Positions 24,358 to 34,303 of a stretch of 64,000 nucleotides of DNA are shown piece by piece. Source of the DNA: a virus; the IMG/VR virus record IMGVR_UViG_3300026116_000002, positions 10,888 to 74,887 of that record; one strand, 5' to 3'. The translations under genes and the position numbers were made by a program. The first letter of the stretch is position 1. Every line of letters begins with the position of its first letter. A model generated the notes under the pieces. The model had not been told where the DNA came from, searched no databases, and saw only the letters and a list, made by a program, of their open reading frames with translations.

Positions 24358-25685
24358 GCGAATCGATCGAAGTGTTGCAGGCGAGGATTGCCAACTGGCA
24401 GAAGTTTTTGGAAACGCTCCCCGCGCGGCCTGACGGAAGAGTGTTGCGCGAGTCGATACAGAGGTCGATCGAGCGGGCAGATGCGGAGATTGCCAAGCAG
24501 ATCGAGACTGCCCCGCCAGTCAACGAACCAGGGCCGGGAGAAGGTCCGATCGCATGGCCGACTGACAAGATCGTAATCCCGGCCATCGCAAAGGCGGTTG
24601 GCGAAGTGGTCAACAAAGGGCTGTTGCCGGAAGTTGAGCGGCAGAAGGTGACTGCGAGCGGGCCGAAAGCGTTCTTTGGGCCGCAGGATGGCAATCTTAT
24701 GTGGGCGCGTCCAACGATCGTACAAGCTCAGGATCAGCGGCAGGATAGCATGTTCGGTATCGACTCCCTTATGGCCGCGCTCAAAGAGAAGCACCAAGCC
24801 GAGATCGAGGCGATCAAGGCTCAGTACGCTGCTCAAGTTGCCATGGCGACAGTCCCGCCTGTTCGTCGAACTAAGATACCGGCTAATCCGAAGATCGGAG
24901 TTGCCATCTGTACGTACGGTTCTGTGCCTTATGTCCATCTCGGACTGGAATGCCTTAAACGACATGAGCCGGGGGTACCTGTTCTGATACATGACGACAG
25001 TTCACCGGACCAGGAGAAGCTGCGGCAACTCGCGGCTATGTACGGGGCTGATTTTGTGTCGACTGACTATCGCAAAGCGCCGACTGTGGGCGACTTGTCC
25101 GGGTTTGTTGAAGGTCTCCGATGGGGGGCTGACAGGCTTGATATCGTCATAAAGCTGTCGAGACGGTTTATTATTGACAAACCGTGGGCCTCGGACCTTG
25201 GGGCACTATTCCATAATACGCAGTATGGCACAGCTTGCGCGCCTGATTCTGCATGGCAATGGGGCATGAGGAGCGAAGCGACCGGGCTTCATGTTAGCTC
25301 ATGGATTAATAGCGGTATGATGGCACGCATGGAAGAAGCTGTTCGGTCGAACGTCCAGCCTCATTCGCTGCCCGAGGCTTTTATCCATGAGTGCGCTCGC
25401 GAGGTTCATAAGTGGCTTCACCCCGAAGACGAGTCAATCTCTCGCTGGAATGAGCGCGACCACCCTGATTGCGACTGGACGGTCAGAAGTGAAAAGACCT
25501 TTAACCGCCCCGTCAATTACGACAGCTACGTATGGTGGGTCAGTGTTATGGGCCTAGCACGAACGCAGCTTATTCCGAATGTCTATTGGCATGACTCGTG
25601 GAGCAATCGAGAATACGGTGCGTTTGCGAGGTCGATCGGATTGAACTATACCGATGATGACTTTTACGTCCAACCCGGCAACTAA
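24354..25685 (+). CDS. GT2-like glycosyltransferase with N-terminal helical extension
   Basis: IGVAICTYGS, VLIHDDSS. Confidence 0.7.
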   Translation: MSESIEVLQARIANWQKFLETLPARPDGRVLRESIQRSIERADAEIAKQIETAPPVNEPGPGEGPIAWPTDKIVIPAIAKAVGEVVNKGLLPEVERQKVTASGPKAFFGPQDGNLMWARPTIVQAQDQRQDSMFGIDSLMAALKEKHQAEIEAIKAQYAAQVAMATVPPVRRTKIPANPKIGVAICTYGSVPYVHLGLECLKRHEPGVPVLIHDDSSPDQEKLRQLAAMYGADFVSTDYRKAPTVGDLSGFVEGLRWGADRLDIVIKLSRRFIIDKPWASDLGALFHNTQYGTACAPDSAWQWGMRSEATGLHVSSWINSGMMARMEEAVRSNVQPHSLPEAFIHECAREVHKWLHPEDESISRWNERDHPDCDWTVRSEKTFNRPVNYDSYVWWVSVMGLARTQLIPNVYWHDSWSNREYGAFARSIGLNYTDDDFYVQPGN

Positions 25686-25690
25686 TTAGT

Positions 25691-26749
25691 ATGACCTACC
25701 CACGCGAAATCGCCATTATTTCAAGGCAATGCCCTGGAGACACAACGATGGTGTCAGCCGCTATCAAGGCATTGCATCAGTGCCACCCTGGAATGTTCAG
25801 AACTCAGTTCATAGGCCATTACGGCTCAGGGTCCGATACGCCTCCGGGTAATAATTTATTTGCTGGAAACCCTCATGATAGTCGCATTGACTTAGCACGT
25901 GCGCAGCACATTACGATAGACTATGGGCCAGCCATCCAACAATGCGGCAGACCGTATCATTTCTTGGAAGGCCCAAAGGAAGATATGGAGCGCAAGCTCG
26001 GCGTCAAGATCGACATCAAGGAGTTTCGCGGCGACATCTATTTGTCTGACGAAGAGATGAAACCTTGGCCGGGGCTGGCCGAGCGCTATGCGCTTATCAA
26101 TGCGGGCTACAAGAACGACTTCACGGCAAAGATGTGGAGTCACTACCGGTACCAAGAAGTAGTCAATGCCACCAAGGATGAAATCCAGTGGGTACAGGTC
26201 GGCAGCGCTAACGACAATCACCGTCCGCTCGAAAACGTTATTAACCTCGTAGGTCAAACCAACATTCGTCAAATGTGCCAGGTGATGTACCGCGCGGCGT
26301 TCGTGGTATGCCCCGTGACATTTCATATGCACTTAGCAGCAGCCGTGCCTACGCCAGAGGACGGACCTCGTGAAATGCCATTGACTATCGGGCAGTTGCA
26401 TGAGCGCTATTGGCATGAGCGACAAGCACAGCTTAGTAAAGGGCCGGGGCCACAACCGTTACCGGGCGGTCAACGGAAAGTCAGGCCGTGTATCGTTTTG
26501 GCAGGGCAAAGGGAGCCTGTGCACTACGATGCTGGCTATCCCGGCAATATCGTGTTAGGTGCGACTGGCAAGCTTAAATGTGGCGTCGGAGTCGGGCAGT
26601 CCTGCTGGCGCAACAAGACTGTGCCAGTCGACAGCGATATGAACCTGTGCATGAAGCCTTTGCCTGACGAAGAGGGGTTTGCTGTGCCAGAATGCCTTCA
26701 TCGTGTCAATAGTTCGGACGTAATAGCAGCCGTTCGCACGTTGTTATAG
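25691..26749 (+). CDS. GT9-like glycosyltransferase
   Basis: PGDTTMVSAAI, AKMW, INLVGQTNIRQ, TFHMHLAAAV, C-terminal Cys motif. Confidence 0.8.
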   Translation: MTYPREIAIISRQCPGDTTMVSAAIKALHQCHPGMFRTQFIGHYGSGSDTPPGNNLFAGNPHDSRIDLARAQHITIDYGPAIQQCGRPYHFLEGPKEDMERKLGVKIDIKEFRGDIYLSDEEMKPWPGLAERYALINAGYKNDFTAKMWSHYRYQEVVNATKDEIQWVQVGSANDNHRPLENVINLVGQTNIRQMCQVMYRAAFVVCPVTFHMHLAAAVPTPEDGPREMPLTIGQLHERYWHERQAQLSKGPGPQPLPGGQRKVRPCIVLAGQREPVHYDAGYPGNIVLGATGKLKCGVGVGQSCWRNKTVPVDSDMNLCMKPLPDEEGFAVPECLHRVNSSDVIAAVRTLL

Positions 26750-26768
26750 TTATGCGGTACAATGAGGC

Positions 26769-27521
26769 ATGGCTACTGGACTATATTACGCGGAAGAATC
26801 CCGCGTTAGGCTCGGGGAATCGCTTTCGACAGCCGCAGCGCAGCAGTCGATGTTGTATTCAGCGCACGCTCGCCGCGTAGCCAACCGCATTGCAAAAAAG
26901 ACCTACTGCCTCTATCTGACCTCGACCGTCGACATCATCAACGGCCAAGCCTTCTACCCGATCCCGCATCGCCCGTTCCGCCTTGACACCGTTTGTGTCA
27001 ACGACGGCAATGGCAACATCTTCCCGGTTTCCGGCTTGACCTACGCGCAGGCTGACAGTATGTACTACAACTGGCGCAGTCAGACGGTAGCCCCGCTCAA
27101 TCAGGCAGGCAACCTGCCGGTCTATCAAGGTGTCCCGGTCAACTACATTGACGACGGAGCCAAGACACTGATCCTGCTACCCGTACCTAACTACAATGCG
27201 CAGGCGGGCTTGCTCGTCACCGGCTACTTTGGTGTCGACAAATGGTGGGACATGTCCGACGAATGCCCGCTGCCGCAGGACGAGCAGTACGGCGAGGTGC
27301 TTGTCTACGGTATCTGTGCCGAGCGAGCGCTTGAGCTAAAGAAGATCGACTCGTCCTATGCGTCCGTGCAGGCCGACTACGAGTCAAAATACAAGCGTGG
27401 GATACTTGACCTCTACAAGCAAGCGCTCGGGGCGAATGAGGCGAGGCGCAGCGCTATTCCGACGCTCGGGAAGAGGCTCGGATACTGTGACGGTGTGGCC
27501 GTATGGGGAGGCACTGAGTAA
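26769..27521 (+). CDS. head-tail adaptor-like protein
   Basis: INGQAFYPIP, GVPVNY, LILLPVPN, CPLP..YGEVLVYG pattern of podoviral adaptors. Confidence 0.7.
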   Translation: MATGLYYAEESRVRLGESLSTAAAQQSMLYSAHARRVANRIAKKTYCLYLTSTVDIINGQAFYPIPHRPFRLDTVCVNDGNGNIFPVSGLTYAQADSMYYNWRSQTVAPLNQAGNLPVYQGVPVNYIDDGAKTLILLPVPNYNAQAGLLVTGYFGVDKWWDMSDECPLPQDEQYGEVLVYGICAERALELKKIDSSYASVQADYESKYKRGILDLYKQALGANEARRSAIPTLGKRLGYCDGVAVWGGTE

Positions 27522-28279
27522 TGGGGCAAACCGGCCAGGACATATTCAACCAAGTAGCCACCTTTCTCAGCTTAACCGCGAAGTCTCTGCCTGTTGCCGC
27601 GCAGATGTCCGATGGCACAGGAGAGAGCACCACCCCGGTCATTGATGGAACGACACAGGTGTGTCTATGGATCACGGAAGGCATGGAGCGCCTTGCTCGG
27701 TTGTGTGTGCCGATTACCGACACTGCGATCTCCACAGCCACGACTGCGGGGCCAAACGGCATTGTCGGCCCGTTCACGAATATCCAGAGTACATCGTCGA
27801 GAACGCTATACGTCCCGACGTTCGTCAGTATAGGGTCCAATCTGCTGGCGCAGACTAACCTTGGCTTCCTAAATAATATGATCTGGTTTCCTCCTACGCC
27901 AGACGGAGACCCGATAGCTTGGACTGACACCACGACTTATATCGACCTGTCATACTTTACTACTCAGCCGACGTTCAATATCCAGGGCTATTTCTTGCCA
28001 ATACCCGTTAACTCTTTGACTGATCCGATTGACCCGTTTTTTGACGATAACGTAAGACTGGCCACTGCGTACTACGTAGCATGGAGAGTGTGTGCGAAAA
28101 ATCGAGATAACGCAGTCTTGCAAGCTCGGGAAATGCCATGCTTAATAGAGTTTGCAAAGTTAGTTAAAGAGACCTATGACCGGTTAGTTTTAACTGATAG
28201 CACCCTGTCTCCAATTTGGCCCCCTGTTGAAATGGATTCAATCATTCAGTTAACTAAACAATCGGTTCCGAGGACCTGA
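27521..28279 (+). CDS. second adaptor/tail-tubular-like virion protein
   Basis: Translationally coupled; GDPIAW and ATAYYVAWR similar to adaptor pattern. Confidence 0.6.
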   Translation: MGQTGQDIFNQVATFLSLTAKSLPVAAQMSDGTGESTTPVIDGTTQVCLWITEGMERLARLCVPITDTAISTATTAGPNGIVGPFTNIQSTSSRTLYVPTFVSIGSNLLAQTNLGFLNNMIWFPPTPDGDPIAWTDTTTYIDLSYFTTQPTFNIQGYFLPIPVNSLTDPIDPFFDDNVRLATAYYVAWRVCAKNRDNAVLQAREMPCLIEFAKLVKETYDRLVLTDSTLSPIWPPVEMDSIIQLTKQSVPRT

Positions 28280-29084
28280 CCCGTCTCAGAGGAGGTGTAT
28301 TAACTGCTTCTTCCACAGTCCATCCGAGCTTAAATATACGATTCCACATCATACCAGCAGGGAGATTAGTATCAGCTTCTAGTGTTACCAATGGGACTCG
28401 CTTGCCTTTATATGATACAATAACCGTAGACCTCTTATTTGCATCTTGTTCAACACGCGTTGCCCATTTAACATTACCGGAAGCATAGTTGCCGTCATTG
28501 TCGATACGCTCTATACTGTGGCGCTTTGTTGGCCTAACTCCGACCTCGGCAAAAAAGTCGGCAAACGATGTAAACTCGCACTTAATACCGCGCCCCCCAT
28601 AATACTTAAATGCAGGTGTCTTAGGATCGCGACATCGCTGTTTTAAGGATTGAAATACATTGTATTCTGCTGGGTGTAATGTCCGAAGCGGAGAAATCCT
28701 AGCTTTATTAAACTCAAGGAGCACGCAACCGCAAGACTGGCTATGTCCGCGCCTTAGATTTTTGCCACAAACGGATTTTTCTTTACCGCAGCTGCATCGG
28801 CACAGCCAATACTTTTGATTGCCACGTTTCTCGTCAAAAGCAATAACTGTCCATCGTGAAAACTGAAGACCTAACATGTCTGTTGTGTTGACTGTATGTA
28901 ATTGCTTCGCAAGACAACCGCATGACTTTGTGCTGCCGTTTCTTAAATACGGCAACGCTGCCACAACAGTAGAACCACACGAGCAGTTGCAAATCCACCA
29001 TGATTTAGCACGTTCGTTATGGGAATATTTTATAGCTGTAAGGTTACCGTAGGTTCGGCCGGTAATATCTATTTTATTTCTCAT
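28254..29084 (-). CDS. free-standing HNH homing endonuclease
   Basis: Two DxxG..W.C.CSCG..L..G...SCGC repeats, YYGGRGI, HSIERIDNDGNYASGNVKWAT; AT-rich, antisense to operon. Confidence 0.92.
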   Translation of the reverse strand: MRNKIDITGRTYGNLTAIKYSHNERAKSWWICNCSCGSTVVAALPYLRNGSTKSCGCLAKQLHTVNTTDMLGLQFSRWTVIAFDEKRGNQKYWLCRCSCGKEKSVCGKNLRRGHSQSCGCVLLEFNKARISPLRTLHPAEYNVFQSLKQRCRDPKTPAFKYYGGRGIKCEFTSFADFFAEVGVRPTKRHSIERIDNDGNYASGNVKWATRVEQDANKRSTVIVSYKGKRVPLVTLEADTNLPAGMMWNRIFKLGWTVEEAVNTPPLRRVRSSEPIV

Positions 29085-29162
29085 GAATAAAGTATACCAT
29101 AAAAATCAAACCCATTTACTCAGCTATGCAACTTATGAAGCAGTCAGTGCCGAGGACGTAGC

Positions 29163-30386
29163 ATGATCCAGAAGCGCATAGTTTTAGTTCAGGGAAGTCC
29201 TAGCCCATTTGTTGTCCCGAGTGACTTTGGATCGTTGGTTTCCATCGAGTGCCTCGGAAGCGGCGGCACTGCCGGTACCGGCTCTGGCGCATACCTTGGC
29301 GGTGGGTCGGGCGGCGGGGCATACGCTAAGATTACCACTCTGTCAGCGATTGCGGCAGGGAATACTTACGCATTTAACATAGCCCCTGCGACTGATACGT
29401 GGTTTGATACTGTAGGGACTGTATTGGCTAAGTGCGGAAGCAGCACAAGTAGCATCGCGGGGGCGACCGGAGGTCAGGCGTCGTCTTCGATTGGCACTAC
29501 CAAGTTCAGCGGCGGCAACGGCGGCAATGGCTTTGCTGGCGGGTCATTGTCTGCGGGAGGTGGCGGCGGTGGCGCGGCTGGTCCGAACGGCGCAGGCGTA
29601 AATGGCACCAATGCGTCATCTGGTGTCGGCGGCACCGGGGGCGCAGGAGACAACGGTTTCGGCGGGGCAGGCGGGGCAGGCGGTGTCACTTTTGGCCCTT
29701 CGTTCCCGCCAGTGACCGGAGTGTCAGGCAGTCATGGTACGGAGTACAGTTCGACACTAGGCTGTGGCGGCGGCGGCGGCGGTGCAGTTGGCGGGCTTGG
29801 CAGCGGTTCCTATGGCGGATCAGGCGGCTACTACGGGGCAGGTGCGGGCTATGGGTATCCTGGCGATCAAGGATTACCCGGTTTCATCATATTCACGTAT
29901 AACAGTGCACTGACACCAATCATGTGCAGAAAGTGCGTACGACTTGCCGAGCCAAATGACACGACTATAGAGCAGAGCTATCCGTCACCGTACTTCTTAC
30001 AAGTCACCGTGAACATGCCGCTCAGTCTCGTGCAGCAGTACGCGGCGTTAATTCCTACCACCGGCCCTGACACACTGGTTATCAACTACTTCGACAGCCT
30101 TGGTCAGCCGCAACAATTAACGCGCAGTCTTACCCTCTGGATGTCGGAGAACGGGTACTGCTTCATCGGAAGCGATAGCGCTTCTCAGTTCCTGATTGCC
30201 TCGGTTAACCCGACGTTCTGGCAAGCTAATGCGGCGACGATTAATGCCCGCAATAGCGGTGCAAACGCGACAGCGCTCTTGCCATGCTGCAACGTAGATC
30301 GCTACGGTGCTAACACCTTGCTCGATGGTCAGGCGATCCCGCCGCTATTCGTGTACGATGGGGTCGTTATTCCTACTCCTAACTAA
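29163..30386 (+). CDS. glycine-rich virion protein
   Basis: FVVPSD...IECLGSGG, GGSGGGAY and long Gly-rich repeats. Confidence 0.75.
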   Translation: MIQKRIVLVQGSPSPFVVPSDFGSLVSIECLGSGGTAGTGSGAYLGGGSGGGAYAKITTLSAIAAGNTYAFNIAPATDTWFDTVGTVLAKCGSSTSSIAGATGGQASSSIGTTKFSGGNGGNGFAGGSLSAGGGGGGAAGPNGAGVNGTNASSGVGGTGGAGDNGFGGAGGAGGVTFGPSFPPVTGVSGSHGTEYSSTLGCGGGGGGAVGGLGSGSYGGSGGYYGAGAGYGYPGDQGLPGFIIFTYNSALTPIMCRKCVRLAEPNDTTIEQSYPSPYFLQVTVNMPLSLVQQYAALIPTTGPDTLVINYFDSLGQPQQLTRSLTLWMSENGYCFIGSDSASQFLIASVNPTFWQANAATINARNSGANATALLPCCNVDRYGANTLLDGQAIPPLFVYDGVVIPTPN

Positions 30387-33300
30387 TGTCAAACCAGAAT
30401 GACAATCCGTATCGACCTAGCGGGGCCACGTCAATGGACGAGGCCCGCCCCCTTGTCGGGATCGACCTTTATTCAGACCCTCAGAGCATGTCTGGAGAGA
30501 TGCTGCTCGACGCACAGAACTTCGTCAACCTCGACGGCAGGCTGTTCGTGCGTCCGGGTCTCATGGGGTTGTTCGGCGGAAATCCGCCATCGTCAAGCTC
30601 GTCGATGTCGGGCGCTAGTTCGTCATCGTCTAATGGCTGGTACGACGTAGGCAATACCCTCTACTCGGTCCCGAGCGGCGGGCCGTCGTACGGCCTCGAT
30701 TACCTCGAAGACGGCAACGGAAACGCGTGGATTATCTTCGTCAACGGCGGGAAAATCTACAAGACTCAAGAGGGTTCAGGTGGGTACACCGAACTCCTCG
30801 ACACGAGCCGACAGTCGTACAACTTCAACGGGCCGCTCACCGATAGCTCGAAGTTCGGCAACTTCCTCTACCTTGCGGACGGCGCTCATCCGACAACGCG
30901 TATCACGCTAAACGGAGGGTTCCCTGCGTATGAAATGTATGCGCCAGGAGCAGTACCCCCAGATAACAATCCGAAGGTATCTCCGCTCGTCACCCTGACC
31001 AACACCCCGCTCTGGGCGGCCAACAACGCGGCCAACTGGAGTTTTGACGGTCAGGCGACTCCGTACTCTAACATTGCCCCCAACGCGGGGCAGGACTTAT
31101 CCGGCAACACCCAGGTCATCAACGGAAGCAACCTGCGCGGTAACGGGTGGGTCGTCACTGGAGAGGAAGGCCCGCGCAGAGGCGGATACCCCGACGAGGT
31201 AAATGTCATCGGGGCCGGGGTGAACATCTGCGTTGCCGGCACTCCTCCTGGCGGGGCGTCTACGGGTCAGGGCGGCTTGATTAATGTCCAGGCGCTATCC
31301 GGGAATAGCTCGCTCTACCCGTCAAGGTTTCACATACTACTGTACTGCGTCAAGAATGACTTTGGCAGCAATCCGAACTCGTACAGTGCCAACTGCTTCA
31401 TCACGCCCTACGACGCGGGAGGGAACCGGCTAGGGGCCGCATTCGCGATTGCGATCAACCCACCGGGCAACACAGGGCTTGTCATAGACACCGTGGCTGA
31501 CTTTAGCGGGTTTGGCCCATCGGTGGCTGGCATCACCGTGCAGATCGTAGCCAACAATACCAACAGTGTTGGCAACCTGTACGTAGGGCCGATTTCCATC
31601 ACTCCGGTCAGCGTTCAGACCACGTTTGTGACCGGCACTAGCGCGGTGAACATTTACCCGAGCTTGAGCGGAAGCCAGATCATCGCGAGCAGTTCGTCTT
31701 CGGTCGCAGGGTCTAGCTCATCATCGATGTCGGGCACGGGGGTTACAATATCCAATCCGCCGTCCGATCTTGGCACCACGCTAGATTATCAGGGCACCAG
31801 CCTGATATTCACGTTCCCGATTGGCAGTTCTTCGTCGTCTATGTCCGGGGCGTCAAGCAGTAGTTCCGGCACGCCAGAGGGAGGATCAGACCTCTCACGT
31901 GTCAACCAATTGGTGATAACACTCGGGCCAACTGGCGTTGTGAACTCATGGGCTAACCTGTCGTTCTCGCTATCGCTCAGGCAGGCGACAGGCGGCAGCG
32001 GGTCGCGGTACATCCTGGCTGACAACGGCGTCTCCGTCTCGTCCGATGGAACCGCATTGGTTTGCGACATCTCAACACTACCCACGAGCGACCTCACGAA
32101 CATCATCGGCTTCAAGCTCACGTTTCTGTCGAATGTTGTCTGGAACTCGCCGTTCTACGCGCTCCAGCTTGGCCCGGTAATCACCCCTGGCAACCTGTCT
32201 GAAAACGATGCGGGCTACGTGTACTACACAACCGAGACTGCGGTGATCGACAGCCAGAACCGTGTCGAGTCGAACCCGTCGCTGCCTTCCGAGACGTTGA
32301 ACCCATCATTTAGCGCGGCGGAAGTTCTGCTGACGATTCCGACAGGAAGCCCGTGGAATGCGCCGACGAACCAGTACAACATCTACCGGCTAGGCGGCGT
32401 CGACACGTACCCGATACTGGTGGCATCGGTCAGCAAGACGGTGAGTGTAGCCTACGGCGCGGACCCGACAAACCCATATTACTCGTGGAATGCGATCACA
32501 GGGCAATTCCTCGACAACACGCCCGATCTCTTCCTGTCGACCGCGCCCTTGCTCTCGTTCTCGAAAGACCCGATGCCGCCCAACGCGCAGGCGATCGAGG
32601 TGTGGCAGGGACGGCTGTGGGTCGCTGTCGGCAACCGTATCTATGCGTCGTGGCTCGCCAATAGCGACAACAGCGCCCCGCTGATGACGACGTACATCCA
32701 GAACACGGATGACCCGAACATCGAGATCGAGGGGGCCAACTTCCCGATTGACCCCGACTCGTCTAACCCGGTCGTACGACTTGTCAAGATCGGAACGCCA
32801 ATCGCATCGGGCAATCAGTTCGGAGGCGTACTGATAGCGTTCAACAAGCGCAGTGTCTACTTTGTGCAGGGTGAGCAGGCGACCGACTTCACTTGCAAGC
32901 CCTATCCGTATGCGGCCGGTATTGGGCTTGTGGCGTTTCGCGGGGTGGCCGTAGTATCGGCCAGTCAAGCGTACTTCATGGGGCCGGATCGTATACACGT
33001 CTGCCCGCCACAGGGCTATGAGTACTACACGACCGGCGTCGAGGCCGACAACCCGCAGCAGGACATCGGACTGCTTATCAAGCCAGCGCTCTATCCGTCG
33101 CCGCCGAATACGCCTCTGCAAAACTCGATCGCCTTTGCGCAATCATTCCTGATGTGGCATAGCTCGCGGCTTTACCTCGGATGCCCGAACCCCGGCGATA
33201 CGAGCAACGACGTGCTCTGGATATACGACTTCCTCACTCCGGGATGGCTCAGGTGGACCGGCCCGACATCGTTCGGTAGCAGCAGTAGCTCGTCGCCTGG

Positions 33301-33862
33301 AAGCAGTAGCTCGTCGAGTGGTGGCGGGTTGGCCGTCTCCGGTATCCCGATGGCATTCGGCAATGCACTCAGCTTGCCGCCTATCCCCGGCACTACGGGG
33401 GCGGCGTACAACCTGTACCTATTCGGATTAAACGGGCAAGTCTACCAAAATATTGGGGCAGTGGACATCGCGACACCGCTATCTGCTGCCACTAATATCC
33501 CTTGGTTGGCACTTATTCACGCCATGCGACCCGGTTTCTTTGTCAGATATCGCAAACGTCCGCTATACTATATGAGAGCGCGGTTGGAATGGTACTTGAT
33601 TGACCTCGTATTTACGGGCACGGTGACCATGGTCGCGCAAGCTTATACGGCGGGCATTCAGTCGCCGGTTCCGATCGCAGGGGCAGTCAACACGCAGTAC
33701 TACCAGCTAGCAAGCCTCGGTAGGCCATTCACGGTGTACGTACCACCGGGACTGATCGAAGGCGACATGGTAACGATACAGATTTCGGGGCAGGCTAACG
33801 CGCCAGCATACCTTCGTGGCGTGAGAGGCATGATCTCTCAGACCAATTACGAGCATACCTGA
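30386..33862 (+). CDS. tail nozzle / tubular protein B-like
   Basis: DAQNFVNLDGRLFVRPG start, YLADG, WQGRLWV, LWIYDF propeller motifs; four twin Ser-run inserts. Confidence 0.75.
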   Translation: MSNQNDNPYRPSGATSMDEARPLVGIDLYSDPQSMSGEMLLDAQNFVNLDGRLFVRPGLMGLFGGNPPSSSSSMSGASSSSSNGWYDVGNTLYSVPSGGPSYGLDYLEDGNGNAWIIFVNGGKIYKTQEGSGGYTELLDTSRQSYNFNGPLTDSSKFGNFLYLADGAHPTTRITLNGGFPAYEMYAPGAVPPDNNPKVSPLVTLTNTPLWAANNAANWSFDGQATPYSNIAPNAGQDLSGNTQVINGSNLRGNGWVVTGEEGPRRGGYPDEVNVIGAGVNICVAGTPPGGASTGQGGLINVQALSGNSSLYPSRFHILLYCVKNDFGSNPNSYSANCFITPYDAGGNRLGAAFAIAINPPGNTGLVIDTVADFSGFGPSVAGITVQIVANNTNSVGNLYVGPISITPVSVQTTFVTGTSAVNIYPSLSGSQIIASSSSSVAGSSSSSMSGTGVTISNPPSDLGTTLDYQGTSLIFTFPIGSSSSSMSGASSSSSGTPEGGSDLSRVNQLVITLGPTGVVNSWANLSFSLSLRQATGGSGSRYILADNGVSVSSDGTALVCDISTLPTSDLTNIIGFKLTFLSNVVWNSPFYALQLGPVITPGNLSENDAGYVYYTTETAVIDSQNRVESNPSLPSETLNPSFSAAEVLLTIPTGSPWNAPTNQYNIYRLGGVDTYPILVASVSKTVSVAYGADPTNPYYSWNAITGQFLDNTPDLFLSTAPLLSFSKDPMPPNAQAIEVWQGRLWVAVGNRIYASWLANSDNSAPLMTTYIQNTDDPNIEIEGANFPIDPDSSNPVVRLVKIGTPIASGNQFGGVLIAFNKRSVYFVQGEQATDFTCKPYPYAAGIGLVAFRGVAVVSASQAYFMGPDRIHVCPPQGYEYYTTGVEADNPQQDIGLLIKPALYPSPPNTPLQNSIAFAQSFLMWHSSRLYLGCPNPGDTSNDVLWIYDFLTPGWLRWTGPTSFGSSSSSSPGSSSSSSGGGLAVSGIPMAFGNALSLPPIPGTTGAAYNLYLFGLNGQVYQNIGAVDIATPLSAATNIPWLALIHAMRPGFFVRYRKRPLYYMRARLEWYLIDLVFTGTVTMVAQAYTAGIQSPVPIAGAVNTQYYQLASLGRPFTVYVPPGLIEGDMVTIQISGQANAPAYLRGVRGMISQTNYEHT

Positions 33863-33888
33863 TCTATAAACAAAGGCGGTGATATTCA

Positions 33889-34299
33889 ATGGGAATGGGT
33901 GAACACGGCGGCAATCCAACATTCGGCGGCTTGCCAACACCGTATTATCAGCAGATTACGGCGGCTTGGCAGCAGATCAATTTCCCGAGCGTTGCGCCGA
34001 AGACAGGCCGCAATCCGGTACAGGGCAGCGCCAACGGGCGGCGTCGGTTTATCTACGTCACACAGCCGATCTTCCTGTCGGGCAGTCCGACAGGGGCAGA
34101 CGCTTTCCCGATCGACGTAGGCATCTACTGGGAATGTACCACCAGGGCACCGATGTACTTCGCGGCGGCGACCGCGCCGTTCAATGTGGCTACGCAGTCA
34201 AGTTCGTCGTCAGTCAACACGGTCTATTCGTCAAGCTCATCGTCGAACGGCATAATTACCACGTTCGGGTTCCTGTTCGCTTGCGAAGAAGGGACGTAA
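33889..34299 (+). CDS. small virion protein with twin Ser-run
   Basis: ORF in structural operon; SSSSSVNTVYSSSSSS. Confidence 0.65.
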   Translation: MGMGEHGGNPTFGGLPTPYYQQITAAWQQINFPSVAPKTGRNPVQGSANGRRRFIYVTQPIFLSGSPTGADAFPIDVGIYWECTTRAPMYFAAATAPFNVATQSSSSSVNTVYSSSSSSNGIITTFGFLFACEEGT

Positions 34300-34303
34300 T
34301 CTC

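Noticed and set aside
28254-29161. Group I intron carrying the HNH
   Set aside because: The ORF is antisense and fills the interval, leaving no room for intron core helices, and the upstream gene is complete
11951-32690. Additional CTGATGA hammerhead cores (11951, 21772, 32681)
   Set aside because: Inside coding regions, and I did not see a matching GAAA or stems
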